Of a stretch of DNA of 41,575 nt, positions 1 to 9,400 are shown piece after piece. Position 1 is the first letter of the stretch; every line of letters begins with the position of its first letter. Where the stretch lies: the sequence record SRR33789315_40; one strand, written 5' to 3'. Under the pieces are notes generated by a model. That model ran no database searches. It was given only the letters and a program-made list of their open reading frames with translations, and had not been told where the DNA came from. The translations under genes were made by a program, and so were the position numbers.

Positions 1-28
1 TTTTGATAAGTATTAATACTTATCAAAA
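1..28. repeat. Perfect 28-bp palindrome (may extend past the window edge)
   Basis: TTTTGATAAGTATTAATACTTATCAAAA equals its own reverse complement. Confidence 0.85.
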
Positions 29-193
29 TATTTATCTCAAACCACAAAATAATTAGGTGTCCTTCAAAGCCTTATCTTTGTTGGTGATGATAAAACGAGA
101 GCATTTTTTAAATACACATTTTTTTTGCCAAAAGCCACTATCTTACTTTTTACTTTAATGAAATAAATTCCTGTTCATTACCTAAAGGTTAGA

Positions 194-943
194 TCAGCTA
201 TTTACCCAATTACTTAACTCTAAAACCACGGATTTATCGTGTTCAGCCAAGAAAGCTAAAAAACTTCTGGCGTTACGATTGACAATTCGTTCATAGGGAA
301 ACCCTATTTTTACTGCGGTGGCTACCGAACGGTCGCAATTGCCTACGTCATACGCCACATGGGCGTCACTTGCAAAGGTCACTTTCCAATCAAGTTGGTC
401 AACAAGCTCAAGAATTTTTGAGCAGTTGGGTTCACTCCCATGTCGAGAATATGAGAATGAACTGTTATTAATTTCAATTAACACATTATTATCTTTTGCT
501 GCTCGAATAACTTCAGCGTAATCAATAGGAAAATTAGGATTACCGGGATGCCCTAATATTTGGCATTGACCCGTTTCAAAGGTTTTAATAACCGCTGCAG
601 TATGGGTTTTTCTATCAACAGGGGCAAAAACAGGCTCATGAAAACTAGCTATAGCAAAATCTAAATAAGGATGCAGTCCGCCAGGAATATCCAAACCGCC
701 TTGCAAAGGCATGATGTTCGCTTCAATTCCTCTCAACATAACCACATCGTCAACCATTCTCGGTAGCACATGTCGATTGCCAAAATGCCAAGGATGGGGA
801 GAATCAGGCATTTCTGGTCCATGATCAGTAATAGAAAACATTTCCAGACCTTTTAATTTTGCCTGCTGGAAATATTCCGCCACTGTACTGTAAGCATGCG
901 TACTTGCTACTGTATGGGAATGGGTATCAACTAATATCTTCAT
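194..943 (-). CDS. ycdX: PHP-domain phosphatase, YcdX family
   Basis: DTHSHT, HAYS, ITDHGP, GIEANI, GHPGN, EINNSS and SDAH motifs; 249 aa. Confidence 0.85.
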   Translation of the reverse strand: MKILVDTHSHTVASTHAYSTVAEYFQQAKLKGLEMFSITDHGPEMPDSPHPWHFGNRHVLPRMVDDVVMLRGIEANIMPLQGGLDIPGGLHPYLDFAIASFHEPVFAPVDRKTHTAAVIKTFETGQCQILGHPGNPNFPIDYAEVIRAAKDNNVLIEINNSSFSYSRHGSEPNCSKILELVDQLDWKVTFASDAHVAYDVGNCDRSVATAVKIGFPYERIVNRNARSFLAFLAEHDKSVVLELSNWVNS

Positions 944-1049
944 ATTGCCTTCTTACTCTCAGAATTCTAACAACTGTTCAACTTCCCTACTTTACCAAGC
1001 TTTTAATACTTAAGTTAAATTAAGATTTTATTATGACTGAATAAAAACA

Positions 1050-1090
1050 TTGCATATTTAAATCATCAATTATATAAATACTTATATAAT
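1050..1090 (+). promoter_or_regulatory. Sigma70-like promoter overlapped by a palindromic operator (probable MarR autoregulation)
   Basis: TTGCAT(1050-1055)-N17-TATAAA(1073-1078); inverted repeat ATTATATAA-N4-TTATATAAT at 1069-1090. Confidence 0.6.
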
Positions 1091-1107
1091 ATATTGAGGT
1101 ATGAATT

Positions 1108-1593
1108 ATGGATTTTTTCAATGAGCTAAATGAACTGGCATTAGGCAGCCGTTTAAAAAGACTAAGTGAACGTTTTATTTCAGAAGCGAGTGACATTTAT
1201 GAGCATTTCAATTTAGATATTCAGCCAAGATGGTTCACATTATTAGCTCTACTACATAAACAAAAACAATTGACTGTTGTTGAAGCGGCAAAAGCGTTGG
1301 GTTTATCACAGCCCGCAATTAGCCAATTTTGCCAACAATTAACTGAGAAAAATTTAATTGACTTTGTTGTATGTAAAAAAGACGCAAGACGCCGACTGAT
1401 TACCTTAAGCGAATCTGGTCAAAAAAGCGTGCAAAGCATGTTACCTATTTGGCAAGCAGTGCAACAAGCGGCCCAAGAAGTTAGCCGCGAAGCCAATAGT
1501 GATTTATATCTCGCCATTTTAAAGTGTGAAAGTGCCTTGCACAGAAAATCCTTAAAACAAAGAACCATTGAGGCCTACCATGAAGCCCCCTAA
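1108..1593 (+). CDS. MarR-family transcriptional regulator
   Basis: LALGSRLKRLSE N-terminus, HTH AKALGLSQPAISQ, wing DARRRLITLSESG. Confidence 0.9.
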   Translation: MDFFNELNELALGSRLKRLSERFISEASDIYEHFNLDIQPRWFTLLALLHKQKQLTVVEAAKALGLSQPAISQFCQQLTEKNLIDFVVCKKDARRRLITLSESGQKSVQSMLPIWQAVQQAAQEVSREANSDLYLAILKCESALHRKSLKQRTIEAYHEAP

Positions 1594-2071
1594 GACTATT
1601 GTAATGCGTAATTTCAGCACTGAGCTGGCTCACCATTTTCAATCCATTAATCAACAATGGATTGAAGCTATGTTTAAAATGGAAGATATCGACAAGCAGG
1701 TCCTTAGCGATCCACAAAAGTATATTATTAGTCCAGGTGGGTATATTTGGTTTGCTGAGCATCCTGAGCTGGGCATAGTAGGAACTGGGGCTTTGTATAA
1801 AAAGGGCCAAGGAATTTTTGAATTAACAAAGATGAGCGTTATTCAGCAAGCCAGAGGCTTAAAAATAGGCGAGTTGTTATTAACTCACATTTTAAAACAA
1901 GCTAGAACTATTGCTTTCAATCAACTGTTTTTACTGACTAACAGTAAATGTGAAGCGGCTATTCATCTTTATCAAAAAAACGGTTTTGTACATGATACAC
2001 AGATCATGGAAAAATACGGTAAAGCCTATCAAAGATGTGACGTTGCGATGAAGCTTCAGCCTAAGTCGTAG
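1580..2071 (+). CDS. GNAT-family N-acetyltransferase
   Basis: ELTKMSV..QARGLKIGELL acetyl-CoA motif, AIHLYQKNGF; ATG at 1580 with GAGG at 1570-1573; overlaps the MarR 3' end. Confidence 0.88.
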   Translation: MKPPKTIVMRNFSTELAHHFQSINQQWIEAMFKMEDIDKQVLSDPQKYIISPGGYIWFAEHPELGIVGTGALYKKGQGIFELTKMSVIQQARGLKIGELLLTHILKQARTIAFNQLFLLTNSKCEAAIHLYQKNGFVHDTQIMEKYGKAYQRCDVAMKLQPKS

Positions 2072-2186
2072 AAATCATCAAACATTATGACCAAATGAAA
2101 CAAATCAAAATGGATGGAACCTAAATTTCAAACATAATTCCCTGGGCCATATAGGGTGAATTATTACCCAATCAAGGTAAGGACTA

Positions 2187-2550
2187 ATGCGTGGTTTTAC
2201 AGTAGTATTGATATTCAATGTTAGCGCTAATGTAAAAGCAAGTGAGTTACGTTTTGGATTATCTATTTTTAACAACACTCAACGAATTGCATATTACACT
2301 CGCGTTTCTGATTTCGAAGCGTTCCATCCTGGTATCTGTGTTTCAGATACAGCCTTTACTAGTGAATTAGATAAAGAGAAATTTTCTACCTTTTTAGCTG
2401 CTGACTTTTATTACTCAGTTTTTTGATAGGGATGCAAACAGTGATTTTGCCACACGTACTATGCCTATTTTTGATGCCTTTATAATAAATCCAGACATCG
2501 ATACCACATTGCTAAACCTTGAAAAAATAAGACTACAACTATTCCCCTAG
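2187..2550 (+). pseudogene. Remnant of an ABC-type carbohydrate solute-binding protein (large internal deletion plus frameshift)
   Basis: AAGGA RBS; N-terminal part RIAYYTRVSDFEAFHPGICV..; a +1 frame from 2416 reads QFFDRDANSDFATRTMPIFDAFIINPDIDTTLLNLEKIRLQLFP* (TAG 2548-2550), resembling the C-terminus of such proteins. Confidence 0.6.
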
Positions 2551-2621
2551 GCCTATTGCGCTGTTACCGTTATTTGCCATTCCACATACCCACATTCAAT
2601 TAGAAATTAAAGGACAGTTCA

Positions 2622-3059
2622 ATGGACAAGTTTATGCAAGCTGCAATAGATGAAGCAAGATTAGGCTTAGCTGAAGGGGGAATTCCCATTGGTTCGGTGC
2701 TCGTGCACAAGGGGGTTATAATTGGTCGTGGACATAATCGACGCATTCAATCCGGTAGCCCTACCTTACACGGTGAAATGGATGCCTTAGAAAATGCCGG
2801 ACGACAAGCCGCTGCAATCTATCGTGATTCTGTTTTATATACCACATTGTCGCCATGCTCCATGTGCTCAGGTGCAATAATGCTCTACGGTATTCCACAC
2901 GTTATAGTCGGTGAAAACGACACATTTATGGGTGAAGAGGAGCTACTGCGCTCGCGTGGCATTAAGGTTCAAGTTGAAAATAGTAAAGAATGTATTTCAA
3001 TGATGCAGGACTTTATAAAGCACAACCCAAGCTTGTGGAATGAAGATATAGGTGAATAA
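2622..3059 (+). CDS. Cytosine/nucleoside deaminase (CDA-fold zinc deaminase, FCY1-like)
   Basis: HGE and PCSMC zinc motifs, EGGIPIGSVL, C-terminal WNEDIGE. Confidence 0.9.
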   Translation: MDKFMQAAIDEARLGLAEGGIPIGSVLVHKGVIIGRGHNRRIQSGSPTLHGEMDALENAGRQAAAIYRDSVLYTTLSPCSMCSGAIMLYGIPHVIVGENDTFMGEEELLRSRGIKVQVENSKECISMMQDFIKHNPSLWNEDIGE

Positions 3060-3094
3060 AATAAACAACCAAAAGAACATTATAGCAAACATAA

Positions 3095-3135
3095 TGTAAA
3101 ATATATTTGACACAAAGAACAATAATAAATACATT
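3095..3135 (+). promoter_or_regulatory. Sigma70 promoter with a palindromic operator over the -35 (probable XRE autoregulation)
   Basis: TGTAAAATATATTTGACA (3095-3112, one mismatched pair) includes TTGACA; TACATT follows after 17 bp. Confidence 0.65.
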
Positions 3136-3164
3136 TAACTCTCATTATTGGTTGAGGATTTATT

Positions 3165-3635
3165 ATGGATATTTCTTTGAAAGAGAAAAGCACCTGGCTT
3201 TCTTTACTAAGTACTTTAGGGGTTTTTGCTTATTATTTTTATAATATAGTCGGTTTAACTGACCTGTCACACACCGCGGCACTAGATTTTGCGCTCGCAT
3301 TATCGATTAAGACGATTACGGCAATTGTTATGATAGAGATTCTGTTTCAATCATTACTAGCTGCAGCAAACCACCGTGACGCATCACTCGGTAATGATGA
3401 GCGAGACAAGCAGTTTAATGATAAAAGTAAAAGTATTGCTTACAGCGTATTAGTGTGTGGTGTATTTTTAACTTTGGGCCGAATAGTAGTCTTAGAATAC
3501 AATCCGTCAATCGCCCAGAGTGAAGTGTTATCACACATTCCTTTATTAACGGCGCACATATTATTACTCAGTTTTATACTTGCTGAAGTGAGTCGATTTG
3601 CTGCCTTAATTTTCTTTTATCGAAGAGCGCAATAA
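3165..3635 (+). CDS. Four-TM membrane protein of unknown function
   Basis: Four hydrophobic segments, DERD loop motif, GAGG RBS; 1 bp from the downstream XRE gene. Confidence 0.8.
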   Translation: MDISLKEKSTWLSLLSTLGVFAYYFYNIVGLTDLSHTAALDFALALSIKTITAIVMIEILFQSLLAAANHRDASLGNDERDKQFNDKSKSIAYSVLVCGVFLTLGRIVVLEYNPSIAQSEVLSHIPLLTAHILLLSFILAEVSRFAALIFFYRRAQ

Positions 3636-3636
3636 C

Positions 3637-3855
3637 ATGGCAACTGAATTACCTATTAGTAACAAAATACGTGAATTACGTTTTTTTGCCGATGAAATGA
3701 CGCAACAAGAGTTGGCAGAATTAATTGGTGTTACGCGACAAACAGTAATGTCTATCGAAAAAAGTAAGTATTCACCAACTTTAGAGTTAGCCTTTAAAAT
3801 TGCTGAAGTATTTGGTCAGTCTATCGCTGAAGTATTTCAATATCATCCCAAATAG
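3637..3855 (+). CDS. XRE/HTH_3 transcriptional regulator
   Basis: MTQQELAELIGVTRQTVMSIEKSKYSPTLELAFKIA. Confidence 0.93.
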   Translation: MATELPISNKIRELRFFADEMTQQELAELIGVTRQTVMSIEKSKYSPTLELAFKIAEVFGQSIAEVFQYHPK

Positions 3856-3916
3856 CGTCGCGTTTTATGTGATAAAAGCCCCTCAACTTAATTCTTAATT
3901 GTTAATCTCAGTAAGG

Positions 3917-3948
3917 AAAAAAATAAAAAGCCCACAAATTTGTGGGCT
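3917..3948 (-). terminator. Intrinsic terminator of the rimK operon
   Basis: AGCCCACAAATTTGTGGGCT palindrome (3929-3948) preceded by an A-tract (U-tail on the minus strand). Confidence 0.75.
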
Positions 3949-3985
3949 ATATTAAAGAGATTAAACGTAAGTAACTGCTTACATA

Positions 3986-5545
3986 CTAATCACCGATCCA
4001 TTCAACACGATACAAATCACGACGTCTGTCTAGGTAATTTCGCACTGAACCTTCTTTTTCAAGTTGGGTTAATTTATCAAAATCTAGGTCAACAATCAGC
4101 GTCATTTCGGTATTGGGTGTTGTCTCAGATACGATGGCGTCATGTGAAAAAGCAAAGTCAGAAGGAGAGAATACCGCTGACTGTCCGTATTGAATATCAA
4201 CATTATCAACCTTGGGTAAATTACCCACACTACCGGCGATAGCGACGTAACATTCGTTTTCAATTGCCCGTGCCTGAGCACAACGACGAACCCTTAAGTA
4301 ACCATTTTTAGTATCTGTCCAAAACGGCACAAACAATACTTTTATGTCTTGTTCAGATAACAGTCTACCGAGTTCAGGAAACTCAACGTCGTAACAAATC
4401 AATATACCAATTTTTCCAAAGTCGGTATCAAAGGCTTGTAGTTTGTTTCCGCCACGCATAATCCAATCACGTTTTTCATGAGGGGTCGGGTGTAGCTTAT
4501 ATTGGCTTTCTATCTCACCACTACGATGACATAAATAACTAATATTATATAATTCATCACCTTCAATGACGGGCATTGAGCCAGCAATAATGTTGATATT
4601 ATAAGATACTGCCAAACGCGACATTTCAGTTAAAATTTCATCGGTATACGTCGCCAGATTCCAAATTGCGTCGATAGAAGATTCAGCAGGTTTGATCCCC
4701 ATCAATGGCGCATTAAAAAACTCTGGGAACAAGGCAACATCACATTTGTAATCAGACAAGGCATCAACAAAATATTCCGCTTGTTGCAACAAGGCTGGCA
4801 CATCTTCAAAGTAACGCATTTGCCACTGTACACAGCCAATTCGTGCAGTATTCTTATGTCCACCGTAGAGTTTTTGTTCTTCCGCTTCGTAATAGATATT
4901 GTGCCATTGAAGTAAGGTGGCGTAACCCATAGAGTCTTTATCTTCTGGTAAGTACGCTTTTAATATTTGTTTCACTTCAAAGCCATTCGACAATTGAAAC
5001 GTTAAAATCGGATCAAATAGGTCTTTTGATTTTACCGCTTCAATATATTGATAAGGCGTCATGTCTTTGGCATGTTGACGATAATTTGGAATGCGACCAC
5101 CAGCCATGATTGACTTTAAGTTCAAGTTTTTACATAGCTCTCTTCTGCCTTCGTACAAACGTCTACCAACACGCAAACCTCGGTACTCAGGAGAAACAAA
5201 TACATCTACGCCATACAACACATCGCCTTTTGGATCATGAGTGGTTAAATAAGCATCACCGGTAATTTCATCATAAGTGTGTTTATCACCAAATTTGTCA
5301 TAGTCTACGATGACGGAAAAGGCACAGGCGATAACTTTACCTTTGTCTTGTATACATATTTGTCCATTAGGGAATATGTTCAACATCGCTTGATACTTTT
5401 TAAGTGGCCATGCGCCACCTACTTTTTTATATACATTATCCATCAATTCTTTTACATCAGGATAGTCACTTATTTCTAAATACCTGAGTTCAAAACTATG
5501 TTGTGAATCTTCTTTTTGAGAAGCTTGTTCATTCTCTTTTTGCAT
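3986..5545 (-). CDS. Bifunctional GNAT / carbon-nitrogen hydrolase (nitrilase superfamily) protein
   Basis: N-terminal VSPEYRGLRVGRRLY; C-terminal Glu-Lys-Cys triad in FPE, QYKLH, ICYD; ARAIEN. Confidence 0.92.
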   Translation of the reverse strand: MQKENEQASQKEDSQHSFELRYLEISDYPDVKELMDNVYKKVGGAWPLKKYQAMLNIFPNGQICIQDKGKVIACAFSVIVDYDKFGDKHTYDEITGDAYLTTHDPKGDVLYGVDVFVSPEYRGLRVGRRLYEGRRELCKNLNLKSIMAGGRIPNYRQHAKDMTPYQYIEAVKSKDLFDPILTFQLSNGFEVKQILKAYLPEDKDSMGYATLLQWHNIYYEAEEQKLYGGHKNTARIGCVQWQMRYFEDVPALLQQAEYFVDALSDYKCDVALFPEFFNAPLMGIKPAESSIDAIWNLATYTDEILTEMSRLAVSYNINIIAGSMPVIEGDELYNISYLCHRSGEIESQYKLHPTPHEKRDWIMRGGNKLQAFDTDFGKIGILICYDVEFPELGRLLSEQDIKVLFVPFWTDTKNGYLRVRRCAQARAIENECYVAIAGSVGNLPKVDNVDIQYGQSAVFSPSDFAFSHDAIVSETTPNTEMTLIVDLDFDKLTQLEKEGSVRNYLDRRRDLYRVEWIGD

Positions 5546-5567
5546 TACAATTTTTCCTCAGAAATTT

Positions 5568-6020
5568 TTATGATTTTGTTTTGTTATTGGTTAACAAATA
5601 TTCGAATTCAGGATCTACTACTAAACGACCTTGCATTGCCTCTCTACCGAGCAGCATCAAATAATTCATTTCTGAACGGTCAGTTAAAGTGAGTTGAATA
5701 GGCCACTGCATATCAGCCATAACGATTGTGGTAGTAATGACATAGCGTTTTTCACGAGTAGCCGTTGAGCTTTTTACATTCCGCATCGCTTCTACTTTGG
5801 TTTCTCTGCGCACAATTTTACTGACTTGATGAATGTCTGGGTGAATATCAAAACTCACCCAAGTTTCCCCATCTCGTTCAAATTCATCAATATTGTCTAC
5901 ATGCAAAGAAGACGTAGTTGCCCCTGTATCTACTCTTACATTCAGATCATTGATGCTCAGTTCGGGCAGATCACATAATTCCAGCGAGCCAACTATGTGT
6001 TTATTTCCGGGTACGTTCAT
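5568..6020 (-). CDS. RimK-associated retropepsin-like protease (RimB-like)
   Basis: RVDTGATTSSLH, LTDRSEMNYLMLLGR; in the rimK operon. Confidence 0.88.
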   Translation of the reverse strand: MNVPGNKHIVGSLELCDLPELSINDLNVRVDTGATTSSLHVDNIDEFERDGETWVSFDIHPDIHQVSKIVRRETKVEAMRNVKSSTATREKRYVITTTIVMADMQWPIQLTLTDRSEMNYLMLLGREAMQGRLVVDPEFEYLLTNNKTKS

Positions 6021-6038
6021 TATTTACCTCTTTGATTT

Positions 6039-7073
6039 TTACAATACTATTGTCTGATCCGCGAGGTCCAGATTATCTTGTAACAACTCAAGGCCGACTG
6101 CCACAGAATCGGGCTGTTTAAAATAGGCAATATGATACATTGCCTCTCCTGTTTGGGTAAGCGGGATGTTTTGCTTACCCACCACTACACCTTGTGCAGG
6201 TGCTAATATTTTTGTTAATTCATTGCCGTAGGGGTCCGAAATTAACGCCAGTACATCCCCTTTTTGCACGTGATCACCCAATTGCGCCACATGATTGACA
6301 AAACCACTTTCTGAAGCACGAACCCAACCACTTTGGCGCGCGATGAAAGGCTCAATATCATGCTCTTTTGAAGCCTTACGTTTATTCAACATGCCTATTT
6401 CACGCATGACATTGATAACACCCTTCAGACCCGCCCGTATAGACATTTCGTCATAACGCAACGCTTCGCCAGCTTCATACAAAATGACTTTAACCCCCAT
6501 ATCGGCCGCACATTGACGCAATGAACCTTCGCGAATATCGGTATTCAGTAACACCGGCAAACCAAAAGACTTTGCCATGGTTAGGGTCATTTCGTCAGAA
6601 AAATCACCTCTAATCTGTGGCAAATTACTACGGTGAATGGCCCCCGTATGAAGGTCAATACCATAATCACATTTAGTGACTATTTCGTTAATAAACAAGT
6701 GCGCAATACGCCCAGCCAATGAACCTTTTGCAGAGCCTGGAAATGAGCGATTTAAATCACGGCGGTCGGGTAGGTAACGACTTTGATTTAGCACACCGTA
6801 TACATTGACCATGGGCACTGCGATAAGTGTTCCACGCAAACGTTGTATCGCTTTACTTTTTAATAATCTTGCGACAATTTCAATGCCATTTAATTCATCA
6901 CCGTGAATAGCTGCACTTACAAATAAAGTGGGACCAGGGCGTTTTCCCCTGTGCACATGCACTGGAATAGGGATCTTGTTGTCTGTAAACAAACGCGGCG
7001 TTGGCAGTTGAATTTGCTTGGTTTCCCCACGCTTTATTTCAACTCCAGCAATTTCTAATTTAGAATCGGTCAT
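6039..7073 (-). CDS. Succinylglutamate desuccinylase/aspartoacylase (AstE/AspA, M14-like) family protein
   Basis: AAIHGDELNG, DLNRSFPG, IDLHTG, YEAGE; C-terminal barrel-sandwich-like segment. Confidence 0.9.
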   Translation of the reverse strand: MTDSKLEIAGVEIKRGETKQIQLPTPRLFTDNKIPIPVHVHRGKRPGPTLFVSAAIHGDELNGIEIVARLLKSKAIQRLRGTLIAVPMVNVYGVLNQSRYLPDRRDLNRSFPGSAKGSLAGRIAHLFINEIVTKCDYGIDLHTGAIHRSNLPQIRGDFSDEMTLTMAKSFGLPVLLNTDIREGSLRQCAADMGVKVILYEAGEALRYDEMSIRAGLKGVINVMREIGMLNKRKASKEHDIEPFIARQSGWVRASESGFVNHVAQLGDHVQKGDVLALISDPYGNELTKILAPAQGVVVGKQNIPLTQTGEAMYHIAYFKQPDSVAVGLELLQDNLDLADQTIVL

Positions 7074-7979
7074 TTATCCCTTACCTACTGTTTTATTTTT
7101 ATGCGGTTGTGCCTTTTTTTCAATGAACTCGATGATTATAGCGGCCACATCTTTGCCCGTGGCTTTTTCTATTCCTTCTAAACCGGGGGAAGAATTCACT
7201 TCCATAACCACTGGCCCATTATTCGAACGTAGAATATCAACACCACTCATGTGCAAACCCATGGTTTTAGCTGCATCTACTGCAGTTTTGCGTTCTGCAG
7301 GAGATAAACGCACGACACTTGCGCTACCACCCCGATGTAAATTCGAACGAAACTCACCCTCATTTGCTTGGCGCTTCATGGCAGCAACCACTTTACCACC
7401 CACAACAAAACAGCGGATATCGGCCCCACCCGCTTCTTTAATATATTCTTGCACCAAAATGTTGGCGTTTAAGCCCATAAAGGCTTCAATAATCGCTTCT
7501 GCTGTTTTTTGAGTTTCAGCTAAGACAACGCCAATACCTTGGGTTCCTTCGAGTAACTTTATAACAACCGGTGCCCCACCTACATTTTTTATTAAATCAT
7601 CTATTCTATCTGGATGATTTGCAAAGCCCGTTCTTGGCAAACCTATTCCTTTACGCGACAACAATTGTAATGAACGCAATTTATCTCTTGAACGACTAAT
7701 CGCCACAGATTCGTTTATGGAAAAGGTTCCCATCATTTCAAACTGCCGTACAACCGAGGTGCCATAAAACGTTACTGACGAGCCAATTCTGGGAATGACT
7801 GCATCATATTGAGGTAGGGGTTCCCCCTTGTAACGAACTGATGGATGGTTACTGGTAATGTCCATGTAACAATGCATCGTATCAATAATGTCAACGGTAT
7901 GTCCGCGCTGCTCCCCTACTTGTTTTAAGCGCTGAGTAGAATACAGCTTGGCATTGCGCGACAAAATGGCGATACGCAT
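7074..7979 (-). CDS. rimK: RimK alpha-L-glutamate ligase (ATP-grasp)
   Basis: [44 protein letters not shown]; start moved to ATG 7979, which has a GGAG RBS. Confidence 0.95.
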   Translation of the reverse strand: MRIAILSRNAKLYSTQRLKQVGEQRGHTVDIIDTMHCYMDITSNHPSVRYKGEPLPQYDAVIPRIGSSVTFYGTSVVRQFEMMGTFSINESVAISRSRDKLRSLQLLSRKGIGLPRTGFANHPDRIDDLIKNVGGAPVVIKLLEGTQGIGVVLAETQKTAEAIIEAFMGLNANILVQEYIKEAGGADIRCFVVGGKVVAAMKRQANEGEFRSNLHRGGSASVVRLSPAERKTAVDAAKTMGLHMSGVDILRSNNGPVVMEVNSSPGLEGIEKATGKDVAAIIIEFIEKKAQPHKNKTVGKG

Positions 7980-8103
7980 AAAATTTCTCCGTCGAATATT
8001 TATAATACTCGATAAATGTTCCAAATAAGGCCCATTATATAGCTAAATGCGGGTTAAATACCGTAATATTATAAATATATAGAAGCAGTAAAAGAGTCTC
8101 TTA

Positions 8104-9295
8104 ATGGTCAGTCAAGAGCAACGCGAAAGCGCTTTTTTGTAGACTTCAGACACGCTAAAAAATGACCAAACAGGCCTGCCTATTAACCCGAGAGTTTACG
8201 CCAGAAAATTGGGCTTTGGTCTTTGGTCTTTGAAGGCTTGCCTATAGGCCTACGTTTTAATTTATGCCAAACCTTAACTGACGACATGAAAACGCCAATA
8301 TTAGCGGCGATGCGTGATGATTCGCGCGAGCAACTGATTTTCTTGCTCAGTGGCGAACAACTGGCAAAAGTCATTAATGCGAGTAGGGCAGAACACTTAG
8401 TCGAAATTGTAGACGTTCTACCCAATCGAGTAGCCAAAAGCTTGATAAAAAAACTTAACTCACAAGATTCGGGAGTGGTTAAAGCTGCTTTAAATTATGC
8501 TGATAGCCAACTTGGATGCTACCTCAACCATGATGTTTATACGGTAAAAAAACATGCCGATGCCAGTGATTTGTTGGCTGATGTAACAGAAGAATAACTA
8601 CCCCCTTATACCGACAGCATACTTGTGGTGAACGAAGCAAATCACTACTTAGGCCAGATTAACCTAAAAGATTTGCTCAATAGCCCACCCGACATAAACG
8701 TAAGATGCCATCGATGTATTTCAAGAATATTATGAATATCCAAGTTTCACATATGGGTATGGTGAGTGATGAAGACTTATTTGCTCCGATTTTTACTCGT
8801 TCTCGCCGCCGAGTTGTTTGGTTCGGGATCAATTTGATTACTGCGTTTGCAGCTTCAATAGCGATAGGCGTGTTTGATGAAGTAGTTGCACTTGCGGTAA
8901 TTATGCCAATTGTTGCAAGTATGGGAAGGATTACCGGCAGTCAAACATTAACGTTAACTATTCGCGGTTTAGCCACCGCACAACTTGCCAATTCAAATCA
9001 GGGTGCTCTGAGTAATAAGGAGGTTTTAGTGGCTTTTTTCAATGGTTTACTTTGGGCGACCGTGGTTTGCATTATTACCACCCAGTGGTTCGATAACCCT
9101 TGGCTTTCAGCAATTATAGCCGTATCACTGGTGATCAATATGATTGTGACTGCTTTCGCGGGTATCGCAATAACGGTATTTTTAGATAAAATCGGGGTTG
9201 TTCCTGCTTTAGCCGGTGCCGCAATCTTAACCACCGTAACGGATGTCATTGGCTTCTTTAACTTGCTAGGTTCCACCTCTCTATTACTGATTTAA
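8104..9295 (+). pseudogene. mgtE: Magnesium transporter MgtE, multiply disrupted
   Basis: TM part intact-looking (LAVIMPIVASMG, GSQT, ILTTVTDVIGF). Lesions: TAG 8140-8142, frameshift near 8190, 7-bp duplication 8214-8227, TAA 8595-8597 before the CBS-like LPPYTDSILVVNE, second CBS domain missing near 8703. Confidence 0.85.
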
Positions 9296-9400
9296 CAGGG
9301 CTTAGAATGAATCAATACAGATAAAGCGCCCTTGGTCATAGCCTTGTCATGTTTTGTTCTCTATAATTGCGCACTTTGTATGCGGCAAGCTCTGGGTTAA

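Noticed and set aside
7018-7512. 164-aa antisense ORF over rimK, and similar short opposite-strand or alternate-frame ORFs over speA, glmU, glmS, the receptor and GH2
   Set aside because: These are shadows of well-supported genes, with no recognisable motifs.
7980-8024. N-terminal extension of RimK in the ORF track
   Set aside because: Family-like sequence begins at MRIAILS (ATG 7979), which has a GGAG RBS.
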